A stretch of 64,000 bases of DNA, taken from the NCBI GenBank assembly GCA_963705165.1, contig CAVPJD010000009.1, positions 64,001-128,000 of the forward strand, read 5' to 3'. Source of the DNA: an uncultured delta proteobacterium (GTDB lineage: Bacteria; Desulfobacterota; Syntrophia; Syntrophales; UBA2192). Of the stretch, positions 19,836 through 30,863 are shown piece by piece. Each line of letters starts with the position of its first letter. The stretch's first letter is position 1. The position numbers and the translations under genes were made by a program. The notes below the pieces were generated by a model. The model was not told the origin of the DNA. It made no database searches and worked only from the letters and a program-made list of their open reading frames with translations.

Positions 19836-21239
19836 ATGAATCCTCTCAAGATCCAGGACAACACCTTTCGGGATGGCCACCAGTCCATCTATGCAACCCG
19901 GATGACGACGGAGGACATGATCCCCATCGCCGAGGCAATGGACGAGATCGGATTCTGGGCCATGGAGGTGTGGGGCGGGGCGACCTTTGACACGATGCAT
20001 CGATTCCTGGGCGAGGACCCCTGGGAAAGGCCCCGCATCCTGAAGCGCTACATCAAAAAGACCCCTTTTTCGATGCTTTTGCGCGGTCAGAACCTCGTGG
20101 GGTATCGCCACTACGCCGACGACGTTGTCCGGGCCTTCGTGGACAAGGCCTGCAAGGTCGGAATCGACATCTTCCGCGTTTTCGACGCACTGAACGACCT
20201 TCGGAACATTGAGACCTGCGCCGCTTGCATAAAGGCAAACGGGAAGCATTTCGAAGGGGCCGTCGTGTACTCTCTGACGGAGAGGCATCTCGGCGGCGAA
20301 GTATTCAACCTGTCGTATTACGTCTCGAAAGCCAAGGGCCTTGAGGAGATGGGGGCCGACTCGATCTGCATCAAGGACATGGCCGGCATCATGGCCCCCT
20401 ATGATGCCTACGATCTCTTCACCGAGTTGAAGAAGGCCGTCAAGGTCCCCCTTCATCTCCACACCCATTACACAAGCGGCATGGGATCGATGACTTGCCT
20501 GAAGGCCGTCGAGGCGGGGGTGGACATCGTGGACACCTGTGTCGCCCCTTACGCCATGCGGACATCGATGCCGCCGGTAGAGCCTCTCCTGCTTGCCCTG
20601 GAAGGAACCGGGCGCGACCCGGGGTTGCAGATGAGCCGCCTGCTGGAGATCGGAAAATACCTGGAATCCATCGCCCCCCGGTATCAAAAGCACCTGGCCG
20701 CAAACACCCTGTCGCTCATCGATGATAACGTGATCGCACACCAGATCCCCGGCGGGATGATCTCCAACCTCGTCAGCCAGCTCAAGGAGATGAATGCACT
20801 CGATCGTCTTCCCGAGGTCCAGCAGGAAATCCAGGTGGTTCGAAAAGAAGCGGGGACGCCGCCGCTTGTCACCCCGACTTCACAGATCATCGGCTCACAG
20901 GCCGTCATGAATGTGCTTGCGGGGAGATACCGGACCGTCAGCAACCAGTTTCGCGACCTGTTGTTCGGGCTCTACGGGAAAACGCCCGCAAGCATCGATC
21001 CGAAGGTCCGCGAAATGGCGTTGCGCGGCTCCGGGCAGGGAATCTGGATCACGGACCGGCCCGCGAACCATCTCAAACCGGAGATGGAAGCTGCCCGGCG
21101 CAAGCTCGGCGATCTGGCAAAAACGGAGGAGGACGTGTTGACGTACGTGCTCTATCAAACGTCAGGCGAGCAGTTCCTGAAGTGGAAGTACGGTGTGGAA
21201 CCGATGCCAGAGGGCGTCGGGCCGGGGAATTCTCGATAG
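19836..21239 (+). CDS. Pyruvate/oxaloacetate carboxyltransferase (PycB/OadA/5S-like) without biotinyl domain
   Basis: RDGHQS, WGGATFD, MLLRGQNLVGY, IKDMAG, HTH, HQIPGGM, PPLVTPTSQ; no AMKM motif. Confidence 0.92.
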   Translation: MNPLKIQDNTFRDGHQSIYATRMTTEDMIPIAEAMDEIGFWAMEVWGGATFDTMHRFLGEDPWERPRILKRYIKKTPFSMLLRGQNLVGYRHYADDVVRAFVDKACKVGIDIFRVFDALNDLRNIETCAACIKANGKHFEGAVVYSLTERHLGGEVFNLSYYVSKAKGLEEMGADSICIKDMAGIMAPYDAYDLFTELKKAVKVPLHLHTHYTSGMGSMTCLKAVEAGVDIVDTCVAPYAMRTSMPPVEPLLLALEGTGRDPGLQMSRLLEIGKYLESIAPRYQKHLAANTLSLIDDNVIAHQIPGGMISNLVSQLKEMNALDRLPEVQQEIQVVRKEAGTPPLVTPTSQIIGSQAVMNVLAGRYRTVSNQFRDLLFGLYGKTPASIDPKVREMALRGSGQGIWITDRPANHLKPEMEAARRKLGDLAKTEEDVLTYVLYQTSGEQFLKWKYGVEPMPEGVGPGNSR

Positions 21240-21255
21240 TAGCTCGGGGGAGCGC

Positions 21256-21963
21256 CTACTCCGGCCGCTTCGGCTCGAACCGAAAGCGGTAACCGATGCC
21301 CGGCTCGTTGATCAGGAATCGAGGTCGGGCCGGATCCTTCTCCAGCTTGTGCCTCAGCTGGGTCATATAAACCCGCAGATACTGGGTGTGCTCGACATAA
21401 GACGGCCCCCAGACTTCCTTGAGCAGCTGGCGATGGGTGACCACCTTTCCCGCATTCCGCACGAGGACGAGCAGCAGCTTGTATTCCAGGGGGGTCAGGT
21501 GGACCTCTGCGACCCCGAGGAAAACCTGCCTTTTCGCAAAATCGATTCGAAGCTCATCGGCTGAAAATACGGATACCTGCTGCCCGCTTTTCTGCATCTC
21601 TGCGTGTCGGACGGCCACACGGATCCTGGCCAGAAGCTCGCCGACACCAAAGGGTTTCGTGAGGTAGTCGTCGGCGCCCGCATCGAGAGCGCGGACCTTA
21701 TCGTTCTCCTGCTCCCGGGCGGAAAGGATGATGATGGGCACCTTGGACCATTCCCGGAGCCTGCCGATGACCTCGAGGCCGTCCATGTCGGGAAGGCCGA
21801 GATCGAGAAGCACAGCATCGGGATTCCGTGTAGCCGCCTGCGAGAGACCATCTTTGGCCGTTTCCGCTTCAACCAGGCGATAGCCTTCGCTCTCCAGGGC
21901 AACCCGGAGGAAGCGCCTCATTTGAATATCATCTTCAACCAGCAGGACGAGTCCCTTCTCCAC
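21256..21963 (-). CDS. kdpE: Response regulator KdpE
   Basis: LLDLGLPDMDG, ADDYLTKPF, YLRVYMTQLRHKLEKDP. Confidence 0.95.
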   Translation of the reverse strand: MEKGLVLLVEDDIQMRRFLRVALESEGYRLVEAETAKDGLSQAATRNPDAVLLDLGLPDMDGLEVIGRLREWSKVPIIILSAREQENDKVRALDAGADDYLTKPFGVGELLARIRVAVRHAEMQKSGQQVSVFSADELRIDFAKRQVFLGVAEVHLTPLEYKLLLVLVRNAGKVVTHRQLLKEVWGPSYVEHTQYLRVYMTQLRHKLEKDPARPRFLINEPGIGYRFRFEPKRPE

Positions 21964-22003
21964 AGACCTGAACCTTTCCGCTCTTTATATAATCATCCAA
22001 ACC

Positions 22004-24693
22004 TCAGGATTCCTTCTCCACCAAAGGCAACGCGGCCTCCCCCTCTATCGGCAGCGTGAATCGGAACACCGCGCCGCCCCCGGGCCGGTTTTCAGCCCAT
22101 ATGCGGCCGCCGTGCGCTTCCACGATGACCCGGCAGATGGACAGGCCGAGACCGACCCCGCCACCCGGTGATTTACCGCGGGTAAATTTTTCAAAGATCC
22201 GCTCCTCAAGGCCCGCCGGGATGCCTGGCCCCCCGTCTGCGATTTCAATGAGGACGCCTGCCTTCTGCATCCGGGCGACAAGCTCAACGGGGGTCCCCGC
22301 AGGGGTGTGCTGGAGGGCATTTTCCAGGAGATTCGTGAGGACCTGCTCCATCAGGAGCGGATCGAAGGGAATCAAAGGCAGATGATCCGGTATCGTGAGG
22401 CTGAGCGGGTGATCCTTCAACCGCTCGGAGAGCCGTTCGATGGCGACACCCGTAATCTCCTCCAGGGATTGCCAGTCCTTATTGACCTGGATCGCACCCG
22501 ATTCGAGTCGCGTCATGTTGAGCACATTGCGTACGATGTGGTTGAGGCGCTCCGCCTCCCCGTGAATGGTCCTGACCAGTTCCTCCCTTTTTCCCTCAGC
22601 CAGGTGTTCGCCCTTCCGGAGCAGGGTATCGGCCGCGCCGCTGATGGTCGCAAGCGGCGTCCTCAGGTCATGGGATACCGAGCTCAGAAAGACGTTTCGC
22701 AGGCTCTGCTTCTCGGCACTGAGGCGCTCCCTTTGGGCCTCCTGGGCCAGAATGACCCGCTCCAAGGCCATGGCTGTCTGGTTCGCAAAGGTTTCGAGAA
22801 GATGAATCTGCTCGGTTTCGAAGGGTTCGTTCGGATTCTCCGGGAGGATGCCTACAACGCCGACTGGACCGGACGAGGCGATCATGGGCAGGTAGAGGGC
22901 CTTGGCCCCCGGGAGGGTATCGGTGCCGACACCCGCCGCCTGCCTGTTCTCCAGGACCCATTGCGCCACACCCATCTCTTTTTCATCCAGAGCGAAGGTG
23001 CCCGCCCCCGTCGAGGGGACAACAAGGTGGCCCCGTTCATCGGAGACAAGAATGACAACCTGGCTTCGGAAGACCTCGCCGATGTGTCTCACGGCTATAT
23101 CGCTGAGCTTCTCTTTTTTCGCTCCCGGGCCAGATCCCGGCTCAGGCCATAAAGCGCTGCGGTTTTTCTCTCCCGCAGCCGCGCCGCTTCAGCCTGCTCA
23201 CGAACCCGCAAGGTGAGCCCGCTGATGACCAGGGCCACGGCGAACATGACCCCGAAGGTCACGAAGTACCGGACATCGGATACTGCGAAAGTGAAGTAGG
23301 GGGGGACAAAGAAAAAGTCGAAGGCAGCAATGCTCAGGAGGGTGGCCAGCAGCGCCGGCCAGCGCCTGGTGCGGATTGCCGTCACCACAACGCCAAGCAG
23401 ATACACCATGACAAGATCAAGGAGCTCGAAATAGGGGAACATGATGGCTGAGATGCCCGTGGCTGCAGCCACCGTCGAAACGGACCAGACCCACTCGGAG
23501 GGCTTCCAGGACAAACGGGGGTTTTTTTCAATGCGCCGCGGCACACTCTCGGGGGCATCGCCTGTGATGACATAGACATCGATATCGCCGCTTCCGCGGA
23601 CGATTTCATCCAATGGCGAGCCCAAGAGCTTGTCCTTCCAGCGTGGATGGGTCGGCTTGCCGACGATGATCTTGCCAACGTTGCGCAGCCTGGCGTAGCT
23701 GAGAATCTCCTCGCTCACACGGTGCCCCGTCAGCGTCACCGTCTCGGCGCCCAGGCCTTCGGCCAGGCGCATGTGCTCTGCCAGTAGCCGATTGTCCTCC
23801 TCGGAGGCGCGAACATGGGAGGGCGCCTCGATGTTGACGGCGATCCACTCGGCGCGCAGTCCCGCGGCCATTCGACGGGCCGCCCGGATCAGGCGGACCG
23901 AGCGCGGATTGGGCCCCACGCAGACGAGAATCCTCTCCGTGGCGGGCCAGATCGCCCGCACCCCCTGATCCCGTCGATAGCTCTCCATCTGCTCATCGAC
24001 ACGCTCGGCCGTGCGTCGAAGTGCCAGTTCACGCAGAGCGATGAGGTTTCCCTTCCGGAAGAAATTCCCCATCGCCTTTTTCGCCTGATCGGGGATGTAT
24101 ACTTTCCCCTCCTTCAGGCGCTGCAGAAGGTCATCGGGCGGCAGATCGACAAGCTCGATCTCATCGGCTCGCTCCAGAAACGAATCCGGCAGGGTTTCCC
24201 TTACGCGGACACCTGTGATCTGATAAACCACGTCATTGAGGCTCTCCAGATGCTGGACATTGACAGTGGTGTAGACGGAGATTCCTGCACAGAGAAGCTC
24301 CCTCACGTCCTGCCAGCGTTTTTTGTGGCGGGCGCCGGGGACATTGGTGTGAGCCAGTTCGTCCACGAGGACAATGGAAGGATTGCGTGCCAGGGCGCCG
24401 TCCAGGTCGAATTCCTGGAGGGTTTTCCCTTTGTAGTAAATGGAGCGACGGGGCAGGGTCTCCTGCCCCTCCAGGAGCACTTCCGTCTCCCTGCGGCCGT
24501 GGGTTTCGACGAGGCCGGCGACGATATCGATGCCCTCCCGCCGTCTCGCCTGCGCTGCTTCCAGCATGGCATAGGTTTTCCCCACACCGGGGGCGGCGCC
24601 GAAGAATACCTTCAACTTCCCCTGCCGTTGCCGCTCCTCTTTCTGTTTGACCAGCTCGAGAAGGGCTTCTGGGTCGGGTCTTTTTTCATCCAT
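22004..24693 (-). CDS. kdpD: Sensor kinase KdpD (frameshift in a homopolymer at ~23115)
   Basis: GAAPGVGKTYAML, DELAHTN, Usp domain, 4 TM, GAF, SHDLRTPL, HATPase; split into ORFs 23095-24693 and 22004-23092. Confidence 0.93.
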
Positions 24694-24753
24694 ACCGGAA
24701 CAACCTGTGGAGGATTGCCGAGGATCGCAACCGCTTTTTGAAGTCTAACAGAA

Positions 24754-25326
24754 TCACCGCAGCGTCTCCAGCGCCATGTTCAACTCGAGGACCGGGACGA
24801 CGGTCTCCCCGAAGATGCCGAAATCCCGATCCCGCAAATGGGCCATGACATGACCCTGCACAACCTCCTCCTCGAGCCCCCGGGCCTTCGCAACACGCCG
24901 GACCTGGTAGAGGGCGGCAGCCGGGCTGATGTGGGGATCGAGGCCGCTGCCGGAAGCCGTGACCAGATCCACGGGGATCGGCCGGGGATTGTCCGGGTCG
25001 GCTGCGTGCAGTGCGGCGATCCGCGACCGGACTGCCTTTGTCAGTTCCGGGTTCGCCGGTCCCAGGTTGGAACCCGCTGAGGCGGCGCTGTTGTACGGAA
25101 AGGGTTTTGTCGCCGAAGGCCGCCCCCAGAAAAAGCGGGTATCCTCGAAGGGTTGCCCGATGAGAGCCGACCTCGCAGGATGGCCTTCCATGACGATCAG
25201 GCTTCCATTGGCCTCGTGGGGAAAAAAGATCTGGGCAAGCCCCGTGATGCACAGCGGGTAGATGATGCCGGTCAGCACCGTCAGCAGCAACAGCGAAAAG
25301 ACAGCGGGACGGATAAAGTGTTTCAT
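24754..25326 (-). CDS. kdpC: K+-transporting ATPase subunit C
   Basis: ANGSLI, FWGRPSA, VTASGSGLDPHIS. Confidence 0.97.
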   Translation of the reverse strand: MKHFIRPAVFSLLLLTVLTGIIYPLCITGLAQIFFPHEANGSLIVMEGHPARSALIGQPFEDTRFFWGRPSATKPFPYNSAASAGSNLGPANPELTKAVRSRIAALHAADPDNPRPIPVDLVTASGSGLDPHISPAAALYQVRRVAKARGLEEEVVQGHVMAHLRDRDFGIFGETVVPVLELNMALETLR

Positions 25327-25337
25327 GGATCATCTCC

Positions 25338-27410
25338 TTAAACCAGGTGCAGGGCCGCAAGGATCAGGTCGATCAGCTTGATGCCGATGAAGGGGACCAC
25401 CAGGCCGCCGGCACCGTAGACGAGCAGGTTGCGGCGGAGAACGATTGCGGCACCCATCGGGCGATACCGGACCCCTTTCAAGGCAAGGGGGATCAGGGCT
25501 ACGATGATCAGGGCATTGAAGATGACCGCCGAGAGAACCGCACTTTGCGGGGTTGCAAGCCCCATGATGTTGAGCGCGGACAGGGAGGGGTAAATGCCTG
25601 CAAACGCCGCCGGGAGGATGGCAAAGTACTTGGCCACATCGTTGGCAATGCTGAAAGTGGTGAGCGTCCCCCGGGTCATCAGGAGCTGCTTGCCGATCCC
25701 GACGATCTCGATGAGCTTCGTGGGATTCGAGTCGAGATCCACCAGGTTGCCCGCCTCCTTGGCGGCCTGGGTGCCCGTGTTCATCGCCACGGCCACATCG
25801 GCCTGGGCCAGGGCCGGTGCATCGTTGGTCCCGTCACCGGTCATGGCAACCAGGTGTCCCCCGGCCTGATAATCGCGGATCAATTTCAGCTTCGTCTCCG
25901 GCGTTGCCTGGGCGAGAAAATCATCCACGCCGGCCTCGGCGGCGACGGCGGCGGCCGTCAGAGGATTATCGCCCGTGATCATCACTGTTCGAATCCCCAT
26001 CCGCCTGAGTTCCGCGAACCGCTCCCGGATGCCGCCCTTCACGACGTCCGCCAGCTGAATGACCCCGAGTGCGCGTGCCCCGTCGGCCACGACCAGCGGT
26101 GTGCCGCCCCGGCGGGAGATGTCATCGACGATCGATCGGAGCTCGGAGGGAAAGGAACCGCCCAGATCTGTCACATAGGCTTCCATGGCGTCGGCGGCCC
26201 CTTTGCGGATCTGGCGCCCGTCGAGATCGACGCCGCTCATGCGTGTCTTTGCCGTGAAGGGGATGAATCGGGCACCGAGTGCTTTGATATCCCGCTCCCT
26301 CAGACTATAATTCTTCTTGGCCAGCACGACGATGCTGCGGCCTTCGGGAGTCTCATCGGCAAGCGAGGCAAGCTGGGCTGCGTCGGCAAGAATCTGCACA
26401 TCCACGCCGGCGGCGGGAAGGAACGACGTCGCCTCCCGGTTGCCGAGGGTGATGGTCCCCGTCTTGTCCAGCAGGAGGACATCCACGTCGCCTGCCGCCT
26501 CGACGGCACGACCGCTCATGGCGATGACGTTGGCCTGGATCATCCGGTCCATGCCGGCAATGCCGATGGCCGAAAGAAGTCCCCCGATAGTCGTCGGGAT
26601 CAGGCAGACGAGCAGGGCAACGAGCACTGTGATGGTGACGGGCGAGCCCTGGCCGGCGGCCCGGGCGCTGAAGATCGAGAACGGAAGCAGCGTGACCGTG
26701 GCCAGGAGGAAGATGAGGGTCAGGCCGGCCAGGAAAATGTCGAGGGCGACTTCATTGGGAGTCTTCTGCCTCCTCGCACCCTCCACCATGGCGATCATCC
26801 GGTCCAGGAAAGTCTCGCCGGGACTCGACGTAACGCGGATAACGAGCCAATCCGAAAGGACTCGTGTCCCCCCGGTCACGGCGCTGCGGTCCCCGCCGGA
26901 CTCCCGGATTACGGGCGCGCTCTCTCCCGTAATCGCACTCTCGTCGACAGAGGCAACCCCGACAACCACCTCGCCATCTCCGGGGATGAAATCGCCTGCT
27001 TCCACCAGTACGTAATCGCCTTTACCGAGTTGCGAGCCCGGGATGAGGACTCGATTCGCCCCGGCATCGGGGCCGGAGAGGCGTTTGGCCAGCACATCCT
27101 TCCGGGTGCTGCGCAGTGCTTTCGCCTGGGCCTTTCCCCGCCCTTCCGCCATGGCTTCGGCGAAATTGCCGAACAGTACAGTAACCCAGAGCCAGATCGA
27201 CACGGTCAGGATGAATCCGGGGCTTTCCTCCCCTCGTCCGGACAGGGCAAGGAAAAAAAGCACCGAGGTCAACACGCTGCCCACCTCGACGACAAACATT
27301 ACCGGCCGCCTCATCATCTGCAGGGGATTCAACTTCAGGAACGCGTCGACGACGGCCTGCCGGAGAAGAGCGCCTTCAAAAAGGCTGAGGGTTTTGGTCT
27401 TTCGATTCAT
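25338..27410 (-). CDS. kdpB: K+-transporting P-type ATPase subunit B
   Basis: [22 protein letters not shown]. Confidence 0.98.
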   Translation of the reverse strand: MNRKTKTLSLFEGALLRQAVVDAFLKLNPLQMMRRPVMFVVEVGSVLTSVLFFLALSGRGEESPGFILTVSIWLWVTVLFGNFAEAMAEGRGKAQAKALRSTRKDVLAKRLSGPDAGANRVLIPGSQLGKGDYVLVEAGDFIPGDGEVVVGVASVDESAITGESAPVIRESGGDRSAVTGGTRVLSDWLVIRVTSSPGETFLDRMIAMVEGARRQKTPNEVALDIFLAGLTLIFLLATVTLLPFSIFSARAAGQGSPVTITVLVALLVCLIPTTIGGLLSAIGIAGMDRMIQANVIAMSGRAVEAAGDVDVLLLDKTGTITLGNREATSFLPAAGVDVQILADAAQLASLADETPEGRSIVVLAKKNYSLRERDIKALGARFIPFTAKTRMSGVDLDGRQIRKGAADAMEAYVTDLGGSFPSELRSIVDDISRRGGTPLVVADGARALGVIQLADVVKGGIRERFAELRRMGIRTVMITGDNPLTAAAVAAEAGVDDFLAQATPETKLKLIRDYQAGGHLVAMTGDGTNDAPALAQADVAVAMNTGTQAAKEAGNLVDLDSNPTKLIEIVGIGKQLLMTRGTLTTFSIANDVAKYFAILPAAFAGIYPSLSALNIMGLATPQSAVLSAVIFNALIIVALIPLALKGVRYRPMGAAIVLRRNLLVYGAGGLVVPFIGIKLIDLILAALHLV

Positions 27411-27434
27411 CGTCTTGATCTCCCGTGACCGGCC

Positions 27435-29171
27435 TCAGGATGCCATGAATTCCGCAATCGGCCCGAGGGCCAGGGCCGGAAGGAACGTCAGCGCGCCCAC
27501 CAGAAGAACCACGCCTGCAAGCAGAATAACGAATAGGGGTGTATGGGTTGGAAGTGTTCCGGGACCGGATGGAATGATCTTTTTACCCGCCAGGGATCCC
27601 GCCATGGCCAGAACCGGGATCATCACCCAGAACCGGCCAATCAGCATGGCGATCCCCAGGGAGAGATTGTAGAAGACGCTGTCGGCGTTGAGGCCGGCAA
27701 AGGCGCTCCCGTTGTTGTTTGCCGCCGACGAAAAGGCGTAGAGAACCTCCGTAAAGCCGTGGGGTCCCGGATTGAAAATGCCGGAAAGCCCCGCCTCTGC
27801 CGCCAGGGCAATCGCCGTACCGACAAGGACCACCGAGGCGGGGATGAGGATGACGAGGGAGGCCATTTTCATTTCGAAGGCCTCGATCTTCTTGCCCAGA
27901 TACTCCGGTGTCCGGCCCACCATGAGGCCGGCCACGAAGACGGCGATGACGGCAAACACGAGCATGCCGTAGAGCCCGGAACCAACGCCGCCGAAGACAA
28001 CCTCGCCGAGTTGCATGAGCCAGAGTGGGAATAGGCCTCCGAGGGGCGTGAAAGAATCGTGCATGGCATTGACCGAGCCGTTCGAGGCGGCTGTGGTGGC
28101 TACCGCCCAGAGTACCGAGTTGACGATGCCGAAACGCGCCTCCTTCCCTTCCATGTTCCCGCCGGGTTGCAGGCTGCTCACCGCCTGGTCGACCCCGAGG
28201 GCGGACAGGGCAGGGTTTCCCGCCTGCTCGCTCCACAGGCACAGCATCATGAGCGGTATGAGGATGACCAGCATTGCCGCGAGAATTGCCCGGCCCTGCC
28301 GCGTATCGCCCACCATTTTACCGAAGGTATAGCAGAGCGCCGCGGGAAGCAGGAGGATGGCGAGAAGCTCCAGAAAGTTTGAAATCTGGGTTGGATTCTC
28401 CAGGGGATGGGCGGCGTTGGCGTTGAAAAACCCCCCGCCGTTTGTCCCGATCTGCTTGATGGCGATTTGTGAGGCCGCCGGACCCATGGGGATGACCTGC
28501 CCGGTAACCTCGTTGCCCTCACTGTCCAGTGTGCTCTGAAGAAGCGGAACCCGAATGGCGGCGCCGAGCGACTGAACGACCCCCTGGGAAACGAGTGCCA
28601 GAGAGAGCACGATGGCCAGGGGAAGCAGGATGTAGAGAACGGAGCGGACCATGTCCACCCAGAAATTTCCGATGGTCTGCGAAAGGCTGCGCTTAAGCCC
28701 CCGGATGAAGGCTGCAAGGGCTGCCATCCCACTGGCCGCGGAGACGAAATTCTGGACGGTGAGCCCGATCATCTGCGTCAGGTAGCTCATGGCCGTCTCC
28801 CCGGCATAGGCCTGCCAGTTCGTATTGGTAACAAAACTCACGGCCGTGTTAAAGGCAAGGTCGGGTGCGATGGCACTGATCTGCTGGGGATTAACCGGAA
28901 GGAATGCCTGGCTGCGCTGGATCAGATAGAGCAGGAGAGCACCCGCGGCGTTGAACAGCAGCAGCGCCGTTGCGTATTCCTTCCATGTCATCTCCCCGTC
29001 GGGGCGGATCCCGCAGATTCTATAAATCCATCTTTCGAGGGGTGAGATAAGACGGTGCAGGGGCAAAGACTCTCCGCTGTAGACGCGAGCCATGTAGAAG
29101 CCCAGCGGCTTGACGAGAACCAGAAGGGCGACAAGATAGAGGAAAATCTGAATCATGCCCGGGGCGTTCAT
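27435..29171 (-). CDS. kdpA: K+-transporting ATPase subunit A
   Basis: TNTNWQ, GTNGGGFF, SNGSVN, NNGSAFAG filter motifs. Confidence 0.98.
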   Translation of the reverse strand: MNAPGMIQIFLYLVALLVLVKPLGFYMARVYSGESLPLHRLISPLERWIYRICGIRPDGEMTWKEYATALLLFNAAGALLLYLIQRSQAFLPVNPQQISAIAPDLAFNTAVSFVTNTNWQAYAGETAMSYLTQMIGLTVQNFVSAASGMAALAAFIRGLKRSLSQTIGNFWVDMVRSVLYILLPLAIVLSLALVSQGVVQSLGAAIRVPLLQSTLDSEGNEVTGQVIPMGPAASQIAIKQIGTNGGGFFNANAAHPLENPTQISNFLELLAILLLPAALCYTFGKMVGDTRQGRAILAAMLVILIPLMMLCLWSEQAGNPALSALGVDQAVSSLQPGGNMEGKEARFGIVNSVLWAVATTAASNGSVNAMHDSFTPLGGLFPLWLMQLGEVVFGGVGSGLYGMLVFAVIAVFVAGLMVGRTPEYLGKKIEAFEMKMASLVILIPASVVLVGTAIALAAEAGLSGIFNPGPHGFTEVLYAFSSAANNNGSAFAGLNADSVFYNLSLGIAMLIGRFWVMIPVLAMAGSLAGKKIIPSGPGTLPTHTPLFVILLAGVVLLVGALTFLPALALGPIAEFMAS

Positions 29172-29260
29172 GAAAACACCTCCGGCTTCAGAAGCGCGAT
29201 AAAGAGGTAGATGAGAAGGGCCAGTGCGATGATGCCGCCAATCAAGTAGAGAAAGGACAT
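29168..29260 (-). CDS. kdpF: KdpF small membrane subunit
   Basis: MSFLYLIGGIIALALLIYLFIALLKPEVFS; stop overlaps the kdpA start. Confidence 0.9.
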   Translation of the reverse strand: MSFLYLIGGIIALALLIYLFIALLKPEVFS

Positions 29261-29261
29261 T

Positions 29262-29354
29262 TCACTCACCCGCCCGAAGTCTTTCAATCCAGCTGACAGA
29301 GAGCCCGCACAGAATGAAAAACACGACAATGATGCTTGCGTAGAGGATATCCAT
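29262..29354 (-). CDS. 30-aa membrane peptide upstream of kdpF
   Basis: Translated by hand: MDILYASIIVVFFILCGLSVSWIERLRAGE; stop 1 nt before the kdpF ATG. Confidence 0.7.
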   Translation of the reverse strand: MDILYASIIVVFFILCGLSVSWIERLRAGE

Positions 29355-29386
29355 AAACTCTTCACTCTCCCGTTCGAGAAATCGCG

Positions 29387-29941
29387 TCAGGCATCCCCCA
29401 CTCGCCGCTGAAGGATCTTATACTTCTCCAGGAGCTTGTTGCGCGTGGCCTCGAGCGCGCAGGTTTCCTGATCGACTTCGGCGGTTCTTTTCTGAATCGC
29501 CGGTAATTCAGCATCCCTCAAGTGATCCTTGGTTTGCCTGCTTTCCCGGGTCAGGACCTTCTTCCATTCCAGCGGATCGTCACTTCGAAATCTGCCCTTC
29601 GTCACTTTATACTTCACGAGAAGATCCTCCAGCGCAAGAGAGCTGGAAAAATCGTCGAGTTCCGATTCACTGACCGTCACGTAGAGGGCTTTCCCCTCAA
29701 TCAACACGGGAAAGCGGTAAATCCCGGGATTCTCTGCAAGGGCCAGCAAACGAGCCTGATGGTCCCTGAGCATCCCTGAAAGCTTTTTATTATCGAGGGT
29801 CACTTTGTCCAGGTGATCAATCTCACTGCGGATCTCATTCATTTCCTTTCTCATCTCTTCGCGCGTCTGTGACCGGATCGAGATCGGCATTGCGAGAAAC
29901 AGGATGACCACCGCAAATGACAGGACTCTGTATCGATTCAT
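29387..29941 (-). CDS. Secreted coiled-coil hypothetical protein
   Basis: Signal peptide MNRYRVLSFAVVILFLAMPISIRS; charged helical body; aagggg RBS. Confidence 0.7.
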   Translation of the reverse strand: MNRYRVLSFAVVILFLAMPISIRSQTREEMRKEMNEIRSEIDHLDKVTLDNKKLSGMLRDHQARLLALAENPGIYRFPVLIEGKALYVTVSESELDDFSSSLALEDLLVKYKVTKGRFRSDDPLEWKKVLTRESRQTKDHLRDAELPAIQKRTAEVDQETCALEATRNKLLEKYKILQRRVGDA

Positions 29942-30013
29942 GTTTGCCCCCTTGAAACTTGTTGCTTTCAAGGAAATCTTCTCCAACGCTTTTGTGGTCA
30001 GGTTAACAAGGCA

Positions 30014-30066
30014 GGAATAAAGATGTTGTTAAAATCAGGGGCTGAGGAATAAAAAGAATATCAATA
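30014..30066 (-). promoter_or_regulatory. Putative KdpE-binding T-rich repeats
   Basis: Minus strand ttgatattctttttatt ... ttttaacaacatctttatt, resembling T-rich KdpE sites. Confidence 0.45.
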
Positions 30067-30186
30067 CAACATGTGCGGGGGGGAGTTGGGGACCAAGCTT
30101 TTTTATCATTTTCATGATGACAGGATCATCAGGAAATGAGATATGATTATCCGTGAAGCGCTTAAACCCCAGGAAAGGAGGAATAT

Positions 30187-30456
30187 ATGAACAAAGCGGA
30201 ACTGATCAGTGAAGTGGCAAAGGTCGTGTGTGTGAAGAAGGAGGCAGCCGCAGCCGTCGATGCCGTATTCGGAGCCATCCAGAAGGCACTGAAGAAGGGG
30301 GACAAGGTGGCCATCGCCGGATTCGGGACGTTTTCCGTTGCGAAACGGGCTGCACGGAAGGCCCGCAACCCCCAGACAGGCGACATCATCAAGGTGAAGG
30401 CGAAGAAAGTGCCGAAGTTCTCCGCCGGCAAAGGGTTTAAGGATGCCGTGAAGTAA
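30187..30456 (+). CDS. hup: DNA-binding protein HU
   Basis: MNKAELI, GFGTFSV, ARNPQTG, PKFSAGK. Confidence 0.96.
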   Translation: MNKAELISEVAKVVCVKKEAAAAVDAVFGAIQKALKKGDKVAIAGFGTFSVAKRAARKARNPQTGDIIKVKAKKVPKFSAGKGFKDAVK

Positions 30457-30481
30457 GCTGCAGATAATTTTTCAGTCAACG

Positions 30482-30519
30482 AAAAAAGAAGGGATTCCGC
30501 GCGGAATCCCTTCTTTTTT
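30482..30519. terminator. Bidirectional intrinsic terminator
   Basis: aaaaaagaagggattccgcgcggaatcccttctttttt. Confidence 0.9.
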
Positions 30520-30863
30520 CCGGCTCCCCGCCAGAGCGCGATCCGGGGGCACTCTTTACTTTCGGGCCGTTTGATTCTGCTCTCTCAGAAGAATCTTCCG
30601 CGGCGATTTACTCTTGGAACACCTTCGTTATCGGTTCAATGCTTACGGAAAATCGAAGCCCCTTCCTTCCTGGTCACGCCGGCGCCGAGAAACCCGATAC
30701 CCTTCAGGATCCCTTTTTCTCTCCTGACCGAGGCGGCTGCTTCCGTTTTGCCGCCGCTCGTTTTCCCGATGGTTTCTTCGCCGGGACCCAAGCTTGCGTG
30801 CGGGAAGGGGGCGGGGCCTCTTTTCCCAGGCGCTCATCCCAGAATGCCGGGGTCCGTCGCAGA

